Below are positions 63,967 to 64,000 of a stretch of 64,000 bases of DNA, one piece after another. Position 1 is the first letter of the stretch. Each line of letters starts with the position of its first letter. The notes below the pieces were generated by a model. The model worked only from the letters and a program-made list of their open reading frames with translations. It was not told the origin of the DNA and ran no database searches. Both the position numbers and the translations under genes were made by a program. Origin of the DNA: a virus (Duplodnaviria > Caudoviricetes); IMG/VR virus record IMGVR_UViG_3300034073_002120; one strand, 5' to 3'.

Positions 63967-64000
63967 TCAATTTCATTTAGAAATCACCTTCGGTGTGAAC

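Noticed and set aside
1-64000. Stop-codon reassignment or suppressor tRNA
   Set aside because: Long ORFs are intact in code 11, TAG and TGA are used as stops, and no CTA/TTA/TCA anticodon tRNA was found.
1-64000. CRISPR array, reverse transcriptase/retron, integrase, transposase
   Set aside because: No regularly spaced direct repeats and no such catalytic motifs were seen.
63970-64000. Gene end ...VHTEGDF* at the right edge
   Set aside because: Only a few codons are visible, so no product can be supported.

Overview
This 64-kb window is part of a very AT-rich large myovirus-type (T4-like baseplate) bacteriophage genome. The host is almost certainly in the Bacteroidota: 15 copies of a fixed-spacing Bacteroidota-type promoter are present. 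Standard genetic code. Nearly all genes are on the minus strand. Layout: (1) 1-17.5 kb, baseplate/tail module (tail-collar-like, wedge gp6-like, gp25, gp5-like hub, GH19 and M15 lysins). (2) 17.6-32.7 kb, metabolism and transcription (Ntn hydrolase, carbamoyltransferase, gp55-like sigma, Def, degenerate MetK, ABC-ATPase/GNAT fusion, ThyA, helicase, UvsE, IscA). (3) 32.8-41.5 kb, the only plus-strand island: SGNH, sulfotransferase-like, an ATP-grasp-like protein with three tandem Hint domains, a 45-aa ORF, two 2OG-Fe(II) oxygenases, two SET-domain proteins, glycosyltransferase-like proteins and a GNAT. Eight of these enzymes, plus a remote B12-radical SAM, end in the same basic/polar-hydrophobic-hydrophobic C-terminal tag. 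(4) 41.5-49 kb, accessory genes (sHSP, HD, 5'-nucleotidase, lipoproteins, PhoH). (5) 49-57.9 kb, an RNA-gene array: 26 tRNAs covering all 20 amino acids, a tmRNA with a 24-aa tag, a probable ~830-nt GOLLD RNA, several remodelled tRNA-like RNAs and other structured RNA candidates. (6) 58-64 kb, small ORFs, a candidate origin and the B12-radical SAM. The best candidates for undescribed biology are the tagged modification-enzyme island with its triple-Hint protein and the non-canonical RNA repertoire. All family calls come from motif recognition by eye and were not checked by database search.
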